This document shows, piece after piece, positions 25,088-39,198 of a stretch of 64,000 nt of DNA. Made by a program: the position numbers and the translations under genes. Position 1 is the first letter of the stretch; every line of letters begins with the position of its first letter. Origin of the DNA: Octopus sinensis (taxonomy: Eukaryota); the NCBI RefSeq assembly GCF_006345805.1, contig NC_043013.1, positions 23,560,001-23,624,000 of the forward strand, given 5' to 3'. Under the pieces are notes generated by a model, which saw only the letters and a program-made list of their open reading frames with translations, did not search any database and had not been told where the DNA came from.

Positions 25088-28000
25088 GTAAGTCGCATCC
25101 GTTATTCGGTGTCTCGCTTAACATTGTCATCGCTCAACTTTGTAAACAGTCGCGAAGCAAATGCTGGTTGCATTGAAATTCTTTTCTGGTTCCTCCTTTG
25201 CTCGTAAACCGAACTTTTTTACACGATTAATGATCTGTGGATCGCTCCTAGATTTATCTCCTGGTAAATATAGGTCCACAGTGTTTCGATCTCTCATAAT
25301 AATTGATTGCTTTGTAAGTGTGACCGTTGGGTGGTCGTGTCGAATCGGAACTTCCATCCCGTTGCTGCTTCAATTCAGCAGCGAAAATAGGAAGGAGCCG
25401 ATTCTTTAATATGTTTCTCTCTACAACTCGGAATGTACGTCACTCCTTAATGAAACAAATCTAAATGTCTGCTTTTCACGCCTCTTTTATCTATGCTGTT
25501 GCTTGGCCAACCCTGATATCCTTGATAACTCCACTGATCTCCTCGATATAATTATGAAATCTCAATCTATATTCTTCTTTAATTCGGCTGCTACAATTTC
25601 TAGATTGTCACAAGCTATCATTTCTCTCGCACCTAAAGATGTTATTTCGAAACAAATGTCTTTTTATAATTTCATTCTCCTTCCTATTTTGATGTTCAAT
25701 TAATTAATATTTTTTTCGAATAATTATTACTTCAGTTTTTACCCTTGCAATCAGTGAACTTTGTTATCTGTTGCTTAAAACACGTGGATCCTTTTTATAT
25801 CTTTTCTGCAACAGCATTCGGACGGAAATGCACAGAACAATGTATTTCCAATCAATTCGCATCCTGGTTTTTATATTTGTTGTAAGACATTGGAAATAGA
25901 TTTTGAGAAATATAACCTTACATCGTTAGTGTTGTATAAATCAATCATATTTATGTTTGCTGGTTGTGTCTTGTTGTGTGGGAAATCGTGTAAAAAGCCA
26001 ACCAACTCTTTGTGTTGTCCGAATGTTCATCTTCACACATATCGTGTATATTTCTCCGCTCCGTTAATCGTTGTGAAGTTGAACGAATCGGTTTCAGCTT
26101 GTTGAATAATTGCCTCTCATCAACTTAATTCCTTAGCAGCCAAGTTGTTGGCCATGTTGCGATTATTTCCCCTACATGGCCACCACTCGCCACTTCCTGT
26201 TCTTAACTTTTCATTAATGAGAACAGAGAAGAAGAAGAAGAACTGTTGTGTGTTGCAGGGGCGGGTCACGAGGGATGTCACTCTCTCCCATTTTCTAGCA
26301 AACAATCATTCATGTTTCGTGGAAACAATTAAATATTTCGATCCCTTACTTAACATTTTCTTTTCAATTGTTGTTTACTTTCAACTTGTAATATCTGGAT
26401 CGTGTTAATCAGCTGAGGAGATCGCTTTCTCCAGGCTTTTAATGCTTATTTGATGCTGTAGCGATACTGAGTTCCCATGTGACAAAATTAAAGCAATGTA
26501 AATAAATTGCTAATATTAGTTTTAATGTACGTGAAAGTATTTCCATTATTTAAGCTTTATTTCCCCTCCATCAATGGTTAGTTCCGAACTATTAATAGAA
26601 GACAGGATCTTGTTTGCTTTATTTTCTCTCGTTGTTGATGTATAGGCGTTGAAACAATTTTGGGGTTGTTCACCCCCCCCCCACTCAACTTGGTTCTGAT
26701 CGATCAGATATATAACGAAAGGCATTCTAGCCATGACCATCTCATCATTTCTTTCCGAGATTTGTATACTCCGGGCTATATTAATCAATGTGCCCATTTT
26801 CTGAAATTATACGATACGTGAGAAATTTAGTTTCTGTATTTGGCAGGTCGAACGACCCTTTAGAGACTCCCCTGTGTTTGGTTTTGCGCATTTCATACAA
26901 CTTCTCTTTTATGTTTTGCTCATCTTGTACGTTGAGCTTTTTCGTTTTAGCCTTGTGCAATAATATTTCATTCCTTTCGATACGACTATGCTCTCGATTA
27001 ATTAAAGTTATGCTCGTCACAAGCGCTTACTTCACTGTAATTACCAACACGGTTAGGTTTAGATTATTTACTTAAGTGAATTATAAATGAGCACTTGTAT
27101 GTAAACAATTAAAAACGGTTAAATTAGTTGTTTATTATTATATATCATACAATTACAATATTTCGTAGGAGAATTCCCAGAACCTTCTCACTGTATTAAG
27201 GTGAGGATAATAATAATAGGGGCAGTTTTGATGGACAATATTCCTTTGGGTGATAAAGAATTTTTATCTTATATTTTAAATGAAATCGATGTATGAATTG
27301 TGCCTTCATTACTCAACCACATTTCATTCAGTGTTAAGGAATTTACTGTTTTTCAAATATAGTAATTTTTTTTTCTTTTTGAATAATATGGAGTAAATAC
27401 TACGTGTAATTGACCATAATTCACTTCTTTCTTTCTTTTTTCCCCCATAAGTTCTGACAATAAAGAAATATTGGGTATTCTTGCAATATAGAGCCTTTGC
27501 ACGCATGGTTATTAAAAATGTAGGAACATTTCTCATTTTTTTTTAACGAAATCCCATAAATACAAAATGTTCATACGATTTGTAAGCAGAGGTCATTCAA
27601 ATGCTTTTGTTTTCAATAAATCGTGAAGACAGTGATATCGTGTTACGTTATATAAGTTTAGTTTTAAACCACCAAGGTGATTGATTAGAGATTAACTGAT
27701 TTCATTCTTAGTTGCGTTTAAAACAACTTTTAACACTGTCTTTCATTTTCATGGAAGAAACACAAGTCTTTTTTTTTTCTGTAACGGTAACAACCAGTTC
27801 TATGTGGATTGATATGAGAGCTTCAGAATCCCTAAGGATATTCTACGCATTTTAAAAATAATGTAATTTTTTTCTTTACAAATTTTTAATAATATAAAAC
27901 TTCATGGAACATTTATTCAACAACAACAGCAAAAGACAGCCGATCTCAACTATATTTTATATTGAAGTTTGTTTTTCTATTTAGTAGACATACATACGCG

Positions 28001-30463
28001 CGCACGCACACACCCGTGTGTGTATAGTACGTATTATAGATATGTGTGTGTATTTGTATTTATCAGTACAGGTACATTTGTATATATGTTGTATATCTTT
28101 GTGTGTGTGTGTGTATCAGCATCATCGTCGTCGTCGCTTAACGCCCGTATTCCATATTGGCATGGGTTGGCTAGGTTCAACAAGATCCAACTCATCAGAC
28201 AACTGTGCTGGGTTGCGATGTCAAATGGGACAAGGTTTCTATCACTGGATGTCCTCTCTTACACCAACCGCTTCACTGTTTGTATGAATATGCATTACTT
28301 AAGTATAGGCTCTGAAACTTGTTACAGGTGATTCAAAGTATGAAAATGTGTTTCTTCAGGCTTAGTTAGAAGGGACAGTCTCTGGTCCTTGCAGGTCTTT
28401 AGGTTCTGTTCAAATCGATAGGGTTTAGTGTTCAGTGTGGTGTTGAAGCAAAGGAGATGGAGGGGCATTCGCTAGTTCAGAAGAGCACGGTCTGTTGTAA
28501 TGGATCTCAGTCGGTTCCATGATGACTATTCATTTACTCAATCATAATCTGCTCATGTAAGTGGTTGGTTATTCCACAGACGCTTGTACCCTCAGAAACC
28601 GCATGACACAGTGTGCTTGACAAGGCTGCATCTTTAAGCCATCTCATGAGCTTACACATAGTTTCTATGGTTACCTAATTTCACTCAAGTTTTGGGTTGA
28701 CCCGAAACTAATAAAAGACTCTTGTCCAACATGTCCACATGGTGGAATCAAATCAGAGACCTGCAAAGCAAACTTCTTAACCATTTGTCCATGCTACAGA
28801 GTGGCTGAGTGGGGAGAAAGTGTGTCTATAGATCAGAGAGTGAAGTTAGCCAATTTTTTTCTGGCTACAAAAAGGAAGGCTTAGTGTTTGAGATACAGTT
28901 TCTGCTATGTTATGAATGAGATGACAGGAGGTTGTGAGGCCTAGCAACTTTGGTGGGGTTTTAATTGTGAATTGTCCAATACTAGAGAAAGGAAGGCAAA
29001 CAATCATCTCTGTGATGTGTGTAGTGACTGTGTCTTTGTACTTGTTGAAAAAAACCACAATGCCTGTTGAGGAATGCTTATAAAGGGTCTATTCCTTGAA
29101 GCAGAACAGTTTTGAAGTGAGTTGTGGTTGCTTGTGGGTGATAGGTATGTCTAGATGGTTAAATGAAGAGTGATATCTCATCTGCTTCGTTGTGTGTGTT
29201 GTTAATGGTGGCAGCTTGATATTTGTATTCAGAGTAGGATGAGTAGTGAGATCTGTCTGAAAACTTTCAGCCCAAAATATGAGAGAGAGATGAAACCCAA
29301 AGATCGCCAACTTTGCTATGAGAGATTCTTGTCTTCAACCACCTGTCACATGCTCCTGGTGTGATAAAGGTCTCAAAGTACATATTGTTGTGTATGCTTT
29401 GAAGTGTTTCAAGTGAAAAAAAAAGGCAGTTCACTGTTTCTTTTGTCATGTATTGTTAGAACAGTTAAAAAACTAAGAAATTCATATCCAAGTTTCTCTG
29501 GCTTGCTTCTTAAAGTGTTTTTCTGTATAAACAATGAAATGGTTAAAAGCTATGAGCATGCATACAACCTCAAGTACTTGCCATTATGTTGGACAGAATA
29601 ACGAATCTTAAATGATGAATGGTAAGTTGCCAGTGGATCATAAAAGTGCTTTTGTCTGTCCCACACCATTCTGACTGAGCAAAGTGTTATTTCAAGGATG
29701 TTCTGAAAAGCTTGGTTCTCTTGTTTGGAATGTTCACTAACGTCTCATATGAACTGATAACCGACAAGAAAGTTCAGAGAGAGAATAATATTCTAGGGAA
29801 GTTACAAAAGGCATCTAATACATCACATTAGATTTTTGTAGCAGTTTTCAGTGGTTTTATTATCACCTATAATCTGGATTGTCAAGTGAGTGATTAAAGG
29901 TATATTTACTCTCTCTTAACCTGAAAATTTAAGAGAATTAAAAAAACCAAAAAAACTTGAAAATATAGCTAAGGAATGCTTAGGTTCACAAAAAAAAAAA
30001 AAGCAGTGGGGTCTCTGATAATTTTTTTTTAATAATTCATGAAAGGAAGAAAGGGGGATGTCCTGGATCTTTGCGAAACTTAGATGGATATGATCGATGC
30101 AATTAACGGTCACTGTCTAATGTTCTGTAGGTCAACATCTATAGCGAAAATGCAGACAGAAACAAAATGGTTAAGGGCTGCCGCTCTGGGAAGAAACGAG
30201 TATAAAAATTGTTGAGGTGATGAGAGGTGGAGGCAGAAGTGGATTGGGTGAACCAAAGAAGAAAGAAGTTCAGCAGAGAGAGTGTTTAGCTCGAAGTAGC
30301 CGAGAGAAACATCATGTTTGTGAACCAGTGTCATTACATGTTTCTGGGTAAATTTGTCAGTAAACCTTTTGATCTTTTAGTGAATGCAATCCAGAATCTA
30401 GGTGTGTACAGCAACACATTAGCATGTAAGGCAGAGTCTGAGGAATTGGTATTGTCAAATGTA

Positions 30464-30696
30464 TAAGGCGGCGAGCTGGCAGAAACGTTAGCACGCCGGG
30501 CGAAATGCTTAACGGTATTTCGTCTGCGTTACGTTGTGAGTTCGAATTCCGCCGAGGTCGACTTTGCCTTTCATCCTTTCGGGGTCGATAAATTAAGTAC
30601 CAGTTACGCACTGGGGTCGATGTAATCGACTTAATACCTATGTCTGTCCTTGTTTGTCCCCTCTGTGTTTAGCCCCTTGTGGGTAATAAAGAAATA
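30464..30696 (+). mobile_element. Single-copy SINE (family of 6042-6834), 16-bp TSD
   Basis: TSD ggtattgtcaaatgta at 30448-30463 and 30697-30712. Confidence 0.9.
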
Positions 30697-33600
30697 GGTA
30701 TTGTCAAATGTAAGAACATTGATGTAAGGGATTGAGATTTTGATAAGTTGGGCTCTATGAAAAACATGCTGGTAGTTACTAGGAAATGTGATGATGAACG
30801 TGAAGGTGAGGAAGTGGCTTACAACTGTTTCCATCCCTTTTAATATGTTGGATGGTAGAATAGTTGTTGGCAAAAGCAGAGAAGTTGTGACGATGTCTTT
30901 TGTTTCCTTAGAATTGAATAAATATCGATGGAGAGAGAGAGATTAAGGAATACAGTGAGGGCATGAGCTAAGTCTGGAGCTCAATGTGTATATTGGAAGG
31001 AATCCCATAAAGCTGTTGTGTTGTTTGACTGGAGTGATTGGGTGAGGTTTTAGGATTTGTTAACTGTGTTTATGGCTTAATGAGACAAGTGGAGCAAAAA
31101 TTTTAGAAGAACAGTGTTATGCATGCGTGTCCTTCAAATGACCCTGAATGATTACTTGTAAGGGACACTCATAAGGCTTAGCTGTTTCAGTTGATGAAGT
31201 TGATAGCTTCTGCTTCTAAGGAGACATAATTTTTGCTGAAAGTGGTTGTAATTAATGTAAAGTAACTAATTTGTGAAAAGGATGGTAATGAGATATTTTT
31301 CCATATAAAGAGCAAACTCCAAGAAACATAGTTAAGTGGTGCAATCAGCATCATTTAACATCCCTTTTTCCATGCTGGCATGGGTTGGAAGGTTTGACAT
31401 GAATTTAGATGCCAGAGGGCTGCACAAAGCTCCAGCATCTGCTTTGGCATGATTTCTATGATTGAATATTCTTCTTAATGCCAACCACTTTACAAAGTGT
31501 ACTCAGTGATTTTATCATAGCACCAGCACTGGTGAGGTCACCATGTGTTAAATGTGGAAGCTGGAAAGTAAGGAGTCAAATGGGATTCACTGTTGGGACA
31601 TTAACAGTTTTAGTTGGTATATATGGGATGGTTGAGGAAATAAGAGCAGTATTGTGGGTATTATTAATTGATCACAACTCATCTTCAGATCAAAGCCTTG
31701 GTTCAAATGCCTGCAACAAAGTGAGTTCAACTAAAGGTACCTCAGAGTCCAGAGGATGAAGTAAAAAACCAAAATAGATTTGGTGGAAGGGATAAGATTA
31801 GGCCTCTGAATGTTGAACCCTACAAATGTGAGGAAAGAGAATAAAGAAAGACATAGACCTTGCTTCATGGGGGATCAACCAATACCAACAAGGAAATGCA
31901 GGTATTTAAACAATGGTGATAATGTAATCATGGGTGAAGGTCATAATACCAAAATTTATGATTATATATGACAATTGAAAAACTTGGTTTCATTAGGATT
32001 TACATTAGTTTTCAATCAATGTATTTTTTTCAGTCTCACCTTCATGTTGGCACTGTGATCAATAATGTATCTACACTTTTATCGATATACATGTCTCCTT
32101 AGTGTGAAACTGTTAAAAAGAACTGGTGCTTAGCATCACTCCCACAGATTCCGGTGTTTGATAGATAAATCTATCTCTGTGTAGGATGCTATTCTGATGT
32201 TATTAATCTGTGAATAGTGGATATCTATTCCTATTGAATTAAGGTATGAAGAATTAGATGTACTATCCAAATAACATAACAGGAGAATTTATGTGGATTT
32301 GACCTCAGATGAACTTAGAGACATTGTGTAATTTCATTGTTGTGATATGAATATGTTCAAATTAGGTGAAAATTAATTTATTCTTCAATAGAAAATATAC
32401 ATCACGATTATTTCAATGTTGAGACTAACATCATTTGGACATTTATAAAAAAAAAACAAAAGAAAAAACAGGCATGAGAATCACAAAACTTGAACCAACT
32501 TTAGAGTTGGTGGTAGGTTTTAATTTTGTGGTATTAAGCAGACATTTTCAAGATGTATTCCAAAATAGATCCTCATTCTATCAGAGATAACCTTCTCAGA
32601 TGATCTGGTAGCTATTACTGACAGCTCAGTGAATTGCGGTTATGTGGATTATGTTTCACCAAATACAGTGTCTAAAGTAGATTTGAACTCAAAATCTTTG
32701 AGCTACTAGTCCGATATCTAATAAATTTGGCCATTAAATTCTACGATATTTGGATGTGGTTATTTCAGATAAAAAAGGAAAAAAAATTAAGGACCTGTAA
32801 TTTTTGGTTATGAGTGAATTTTGAGTCAACACTGTTTGGCGTTCCCTGTTTTGAGACTCATTGGAGTGTGATGGAATTAAACTGATCAGATAATGTTTGA
32901 TTCTTTTTATAAATTAATCAGTGGAAGAAGCTCAGAGTTGATGACAGGCAAAACCTTTAAGAACTGACTGCAGCCAATACACAAACTGAGCATCTGCAGG
33001 AAGTTTTGCTAAAAAACAGCCAAGAAGCAGGTGGGGGTCTTGAACCAGGCAGTTTATTCGGCTTAGCTTATTGGATTATCCATTATTAGTGCAGTGCTCT
33101 GTTTGGAGTGAGGCATTAAAGTTCTGTTGCCCTACTTATTATCTGATGATAAAGCAGGTAAGAACAGAGATGGGTGAGGGAACTGTCTAGCATATCGAGG
33201 AAACATCGATGAACTTGTTGCCATTTTGATCCTCTGTGATGCTGACACATAAAGAAAGGTTGAATTGTTAAAAATAATAGTTAAGTTAATGTTAAATGCT
33301 AGGAAGAGTGAGCAGCTAATCAGAGACATGACAAGAGGAAAGAAAATAATATTAGTCAACCTGGACTAATATCAGAGGAAGGATGATAGCCTTTTGGATT
33401 ATTTTTGATTATTTTGAAAATTTTATGATAGTGACCACATTGTTGATTATCTAAGAAATTTGTTAATTTTGGTAGTGGAGTACAGACTATTTAAGAAGGT
33501 TATGGTATCTCTGTATTATTGCAAAATTTAAATGAATTTAATTGACATTGAATACTACAGCACAGTATCGAAGTTGTGTAATTACAAAAGAAATAAAAAC

Positions 33601-34439
33601 AGAAATTGAAGTTTTGTTTTCATAAAGATCATCAGTTCTGTCTCTTCTGCTATAATATTATTTTAGTTATTTTAACAAGTAGATGAGACAACTTGTAATG
33701 TATTTCTGTGTAATTATGACCTAATCATTAAAACATTGAGTTAATTGAACTTGCTGAAGTAGTAATGAAAGACTCACTAAGTAAATGTACTTATATTGTA
33801 CATTGGTTGGAGCCTGGTGCAGCCTTCTGGCTTACCAGTCCTCAGTCAAACCGTCCAACCCATGCCAGCATGGAAAGCAGACATTAAACAACGATGATGA
33901 TGATATATTAGAGGAAAAGGACGTTAAAAAACCAAGGCAGGACAAGTATCTCAAGTCATTTATAATAATATAAATAGGTTAATTTAAAGTCTTACAGCTG
34001 TTTTCTGGGACATCCCAAGTAATAGGCTCATCCTGCCTTGGTTTTTGTTGTCCTTTTTCCTCTAATATATACCTACTAACACAGCAGCTTAATACAGATC
34101 CCTAGCTCCAGTCTCAGCTGTGAACTTGGAACCTAACGGATGACCAATTATAGCACTTACTCAGCGTACCTATTCGTTTAGATCAACACTGGCAACGACC
34201 TCGCTCAAATGTTTTTTCACGTGTCACCAGCACATGTGCCAGTAAAGTGACACTGGTAATGATCAGGCTTGAGTGGTGCTTTTTATGTGCCACCAGCACG
34301 GAAGCCAATTAGCCGCTCTGGCAACGATCATGCTCGGGTGGTACTCTTAGTGCTCCACTAAAACGGATGCCAGTCATCGAATTTGATTTCGATTTCACTT
34401 GCCTCAACAGGTCTTCGCAAGCAGAGTTTAGTGTCCAAT

Positions 34440-34712
34440 GAAGGAAAGGTACGCATAAGTGGGCTAGTTACACCCCTGGCATAGGCCACAAGATTATGGT
34501 CTCACTTGGCTTGCCGGGTCTTCTCAAGCACAGCATATTTCCAAAGGTCTCGGTCACTAGTCATTGCGTCGGTGAGGCCTAATGTTTGAAGGTCATGCTT
34601 CATCACCTCATCCCAGGTCTTCCTGGGTCTACCGCTTCTACAGGTTCCCTCAACCGCTAGGGTGGGGCACTTTTTCACACAGCTATCCTCATCCATTCTC
34701 ACCACATGACCA
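34440..34712 (-). pseudogene. RTE LINE 3' end fragment
   Basis: VRMDEDSCVKKC...GRPRKTWDEVMKHDLQTLGL...DRDLWK, a typical RTE C-terminus. Confidence 0.8.
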
Positions 34713-35199
34713 TATCAGCACAGTCGTCTCTCTCATATATCCTATATATATATGTGTGTGTGTATGTATTTATATTGTGTTTATGTCAGAAGAATTTAGA
34801 AACTTAGAGAGGTATGAAATCAATCGTTTTTAACAGTGGAATTCCAAGTAGATAAAACTATAACAAACAGCAAAGTTGAATTGGGTTAAAGAAAAGTCCT
34901 TTGGATGGAAAAGTCAAAGGTTGCCCATGGTACTGAAACCCACACCTTATGTGAACATGACTGATGTTCCTCCATCATACCAAAGCAATCTTTTGAATTT
35001 CTTTATCTAAAATGAATGGAGAGATGTCCAGCCAACTTAACTAATTAAGAATTAATTTACTTGTAACATTTTAAATGTAAATAATGTCAATTCTTGTGAG
35101 AAAATAACAACAAGCCCATTAGTGGGCTTGTTGGTCTAATATTGTCTCTCAACCAAATCAAAATAGATGAACATCAATGGAATTTGTATCTTTGTGGTA

Positions 35200-35700
35200 C
35201 CAGTGCCGGTGGCACATAAGAAAACCATCCGAAAGTGGCCGTAGCCAGTACCGCATCGACTGGCCTCCGTGCTGTGGGCACGTAACAAACACCATCCGAT
35301 CGTGGCCATTCGCCAGCCTCGTCTGGCACCTGTGTCGGTGGCACATAAAAAACACCATCCGAGCGTGGCCGTCTGCCAGCCTCGTCTGGCACCTGTGTCG
35401 GTGGCACATAAAAACACCATATGAGCGTGGCCGTCTGGCACCTGTGTCGGTGGCACATAAAAAACACCATCCGAGCGTGGCCGTTTGACAGCCTCGTCTG
35501 GCACCTGTGCAGGTGGCACATAAAATCACCCACTACACTCTCGGAGTGGTTGGCGTTAGGAAGGGCATCCAGCTGTAGAAACACTGCCAGATCCGACTGG
35601 TGCCTGGTGCAGCCTCCTGGCTTTCTGGGTCCCAGTCGAACTGTCCAACCCATGCTAGCATGGAAAGCGGACGTTAAATGATGATGATGATGATGATTCA
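35200..35700 (+). mobile_element. Abundant short retroelement with an internal ~62-bp tandem array and (ATG)n tail
   Basis: About 6 units like ggtggcacataaaaaacaccatccgagcgtggccgtctgccagcctcgtctggcacctgtgtc, then the common tail ...ggacgttaaatgatgatg. Related copies near 13655-13815, 37665-37890(-), 45715-45910, 48120-48440 and 60545-60870(-). Confidence 0.75.
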
Positions 35701-38153
35701 CTTCTTTTCATCCTGGTCCTTGAGGCCATCACAAAGTACTTTAGAACTAGTGTTGTTTGGTGATTACATGGTCAATATCCAGATTATTAATATCACTAGG
35801 GAAATGGTTTTGTTTACGTGGGAGTGGAAAATGCAAAAATTCTGTATTGTGTTATCTTTTCAAACTGACTTCATAAAAGAGACAGCAAAGTCTCTGTTAG
35901 ACTGGCAGGAAATCAAAAGAATGAAGTAACTAGAAACACCAGAAAAGCTAACAACAGTATGAGCAAGTATTTATATATATAAGGGGCTAAGGACCGTGTG
36001 GGTGGAAAAAAAAAAAGTGACATGTTGTCTCTGTTGGCAATAGAGAAGTTTTCTCTTTGTATGCAAGGTAGACGTTGAATCTGGTTCTGTGTAGGATTAA
36101 CAATTGTAAATCAGTTGTTATGAGATTCATTGGATATGAGAATGGTTGATTAGAAAGAGTTGAGAAAGTATTGATATAAGCAGGAAATTTGTTTTTTGGC
36201 AATGTTTTTACTACAGAATTTTTATTGTTTGGCCCAAAGTTGGAGCTATGGGTCAAAGTAGCCTAGGTGAGGTGACTCTGTCACTGTAGATCTCAGGTGC
36301 AGGTTTGGGTGCTCAGTGGTTTGGGTGCTCTCAGTCATGAGTTCAATTTTCTTGGTGGCAATGTGTGTCCTTGAGCAAGACACTTTATTTTTCCGATGCT
36401 CTAGTCCACCTGGCTGGCAAAAGTGAATAGTACCTGTATTTCAAAGGACTTTAACCCTTGTCACATTCGGTTTCATGCTGAATCTCCCTGACAACTACAT
36501 GTCTGTGGAGTGCTCAGCCATTTGCACATTAATTTCGCAAGCAGGTTCTTCTGTTGATTGGGTCAAATGGAACACTTGACTGACTCCATAACTGACGGAG
36601 TGTCAGTACATATATATCTAGAACTGTAGTTTCCAACCTTTTTGCTACTAAAAGCCTTTTTTTTATATACAGACTTTCCTAGGTTTTCAAAGGTGTCTCT
36701 TCAACAAATTTTGAATTAAGCTCTCTGACCCCTGTTACTACCCCTATGGACCCTTCCCCAACCCCAAGGGTCTGCAGATCTCAGACTGAAATGTGTCTCT
36801 CCTTTTTTAAGATAGTATGGTGGTTTTGAGGAAATTTGAATATTACTTCTCGCAGGTTGAGTGACCACACAGGATCTGCTTTGTTCTTGTGCTGGGTGAA
36901 CGTATCCATTGTGAAAGGCATACTGTGAATGAAAATGTTTAAAATGTTGGCCCTCTCAGATACGATGTCTGTTTTGTGTGTGTGTGTGTGTGTGTGTATT
37001 AAGAGACATGGCAAAATCACATACAGTACCCTGCACTCTTCAGCCTGTGGTACCTTGAAGGGTAAATGTAAAAAGAAAGTAATGATGGTTGGAAAGCATC
37101 ATCATTCAACTGGTGAGGAATTTCTGACTCAGCCTTCAATCTTATAATCAACACTCACAGTGCTCTGTGCGTATGTCTATGTGTGTGCCTATGTGTTTAT
37201 ATGCTTATGTGTATGTGTTTGTGTTTGTGTATGGTGGGTTATGATGGGCTTCTCAACTTCTGACAGAGTCTTTGTCCAGATCTGAGCATACGACTTTCTT
37301 TCAGAGAGACGAGAATCAACCGCAGTACTTGACTGGCATTTTATTCTTTAACCCCCAAATAAATGAGAGGCAAAGTTGATCTTGATAGAGTTTGAACTTG
37401 GAGTGTAGGGGACCAGAATAGATATTGCAAAATTATTCTAATTAATGCTTTAACTACTTTGTTCATTGACCACCTGATGTGTGTGTGTGTGAGAGAGAGA
37501 GAGAAAAGGGGACTATGACAATTTTGTTTTCTATTGCTTGCTATCAATATATATTCTGTTTGATAGCTAATTTCATCTTTGCCTGTCGATCTCTCTCTCT
37601 CTCCGTCATTCACATCTACAACTGTAACTAAGGAACAACCAAAATCCTGCGTGCTTTTAACTATTTACTGTAGATGCCACATAAAAAACACTGGTGCTGG
37701 TGCCACATAAAAAGCACCCAGTACATTTTGTAAAGTGGTTGGCATCAGGAAGGGCTTCCCAGCAGTAGAAACCATGTGGAAACAGACAATGTGAACCTGC
37801 TGTAGCTTTCTGGCTTGCCAGCTCTTGTCAAACTGTCCAACCCATGCCAGCATGGAAAACAAGATGTTATATAATGAGGATGATGATGATGGTGGTTGAT
37901 ATGGAAAGTCTTGAATTCCTTGAATATTTGATGGCATTGTAAGAATGAAGATTATAATTAATAGTTTTACAATTAATAATTATTTCTTCCTCAATCCAGA
38001 ATTTACTAAAGCTTTTCCTTTTCTTTGAATAATTTCTGTGCCTAATAATTTATGCATATTTCTTGGTCAAGAACCTATCTGTAATGTTGTGTTCACAATC
38101 ATTTCATTTGAATTGGTTCCTAATTTTTAAGCTGATCATGGTTGGGTAATTAA

Positions 38154-38375
38154 CCCTTTGGTGTTTAAGCCGGCCATATCCGGCCCAAATATCCTACATG
38201 TTTTTACATTCAAACTGGCCATATTTAGCCTCTCACACCTAACCTACATTGACATTCTAAGAATAAACTATCACATCATTGAAACTTCAAAGCTATAAGA
38301 TAATGCATGATTAATTCAAAACGATTTGAGTGAAAAAAGTCTTACATTTAACAGAGTAATCTGAACACTAAAGGG
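38154..38375. mobile_element. piggyBac-type MITE
   Basis: TTAA|ccctttggtgttta ... tgaacactaaaggg|TTAA. Confidence 0.8.
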
Positions 38376-39167
38376 TTAAAGCTTGTAAGATAGCTTGGTT
38401 AAAAAAAAAAAACCCAAAAAACAAAAACAAAAAAAAAAGCATACTTGTTCCAACACTTCATATAAATACCATGATTCTGTGGTGAAATGAGTGTAAGCTG
38501 CTTAAGAAGTGATGATGTTTGTGTGACTAGAATGAAAAGGTTTCCTTCAAAACTGCTGTTCTATATTTATATGAAGTGTAATGAGGAAATTACTCTCAGT
38601 ATCAGTAGTATAATTCCAGATATGTAAACAGAAGCATGTACTGTCTAATGGTAAGGGTTGCGGGAGATATGACTATTGAGGACAGACGAAGGAATTAGAG
38701 TGTGCTTGATGAGTTAGTACAAAGACATATTATGTTAAACAATACACAATTTGGTTTTGTATCAGTGTGTGAGACCACTAGTGTCATGTTCCTTGATTTC
38801 AAGACATACAAACTATTGCACTTTATCTTTTTGCTCATCTAGACAATATATTTGAGTCACATGCTATAAATTGGCAGGCAAAGAAGAGGTTCTGTGTAAG
38901 AGAATTTCTCATAAAAGAAATTAGTGAGAAATTTGATCAGTTATGGCTTCAGGATAAACATGGCGAAGAATAATGTTTTAGTTGTTGCTCTGGATTCACA
39001 GACGGCGGCAGATAAAAAAATTAAAAATAAACACTTATTTAATATTATATAGACTGAATAGTAAGTGCACTGGTTGAAGTTGCATCGCGTCAGTGTTGCT
39101 GGATGTTTAATTTAATAGACCAGCAAACAGTACATGCAATCTATTGATGGACGTATGTATGTATGTA

Positions 39168-39198
<31 letters not shown>

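Noticed and set aside
24756-25409. ORF-track frames overlapping the RASA1 start
   Set aside because: Antisense or off-frame readings of exon 1 and its flanks; the supported frame is ATG 24951 to donor 25088.
35136-35701. Long repetitive ORFs (up to 175 aa)
   Set aside because: They arise from the 62-bp tandem array and (ATG)n tail of a repeat.
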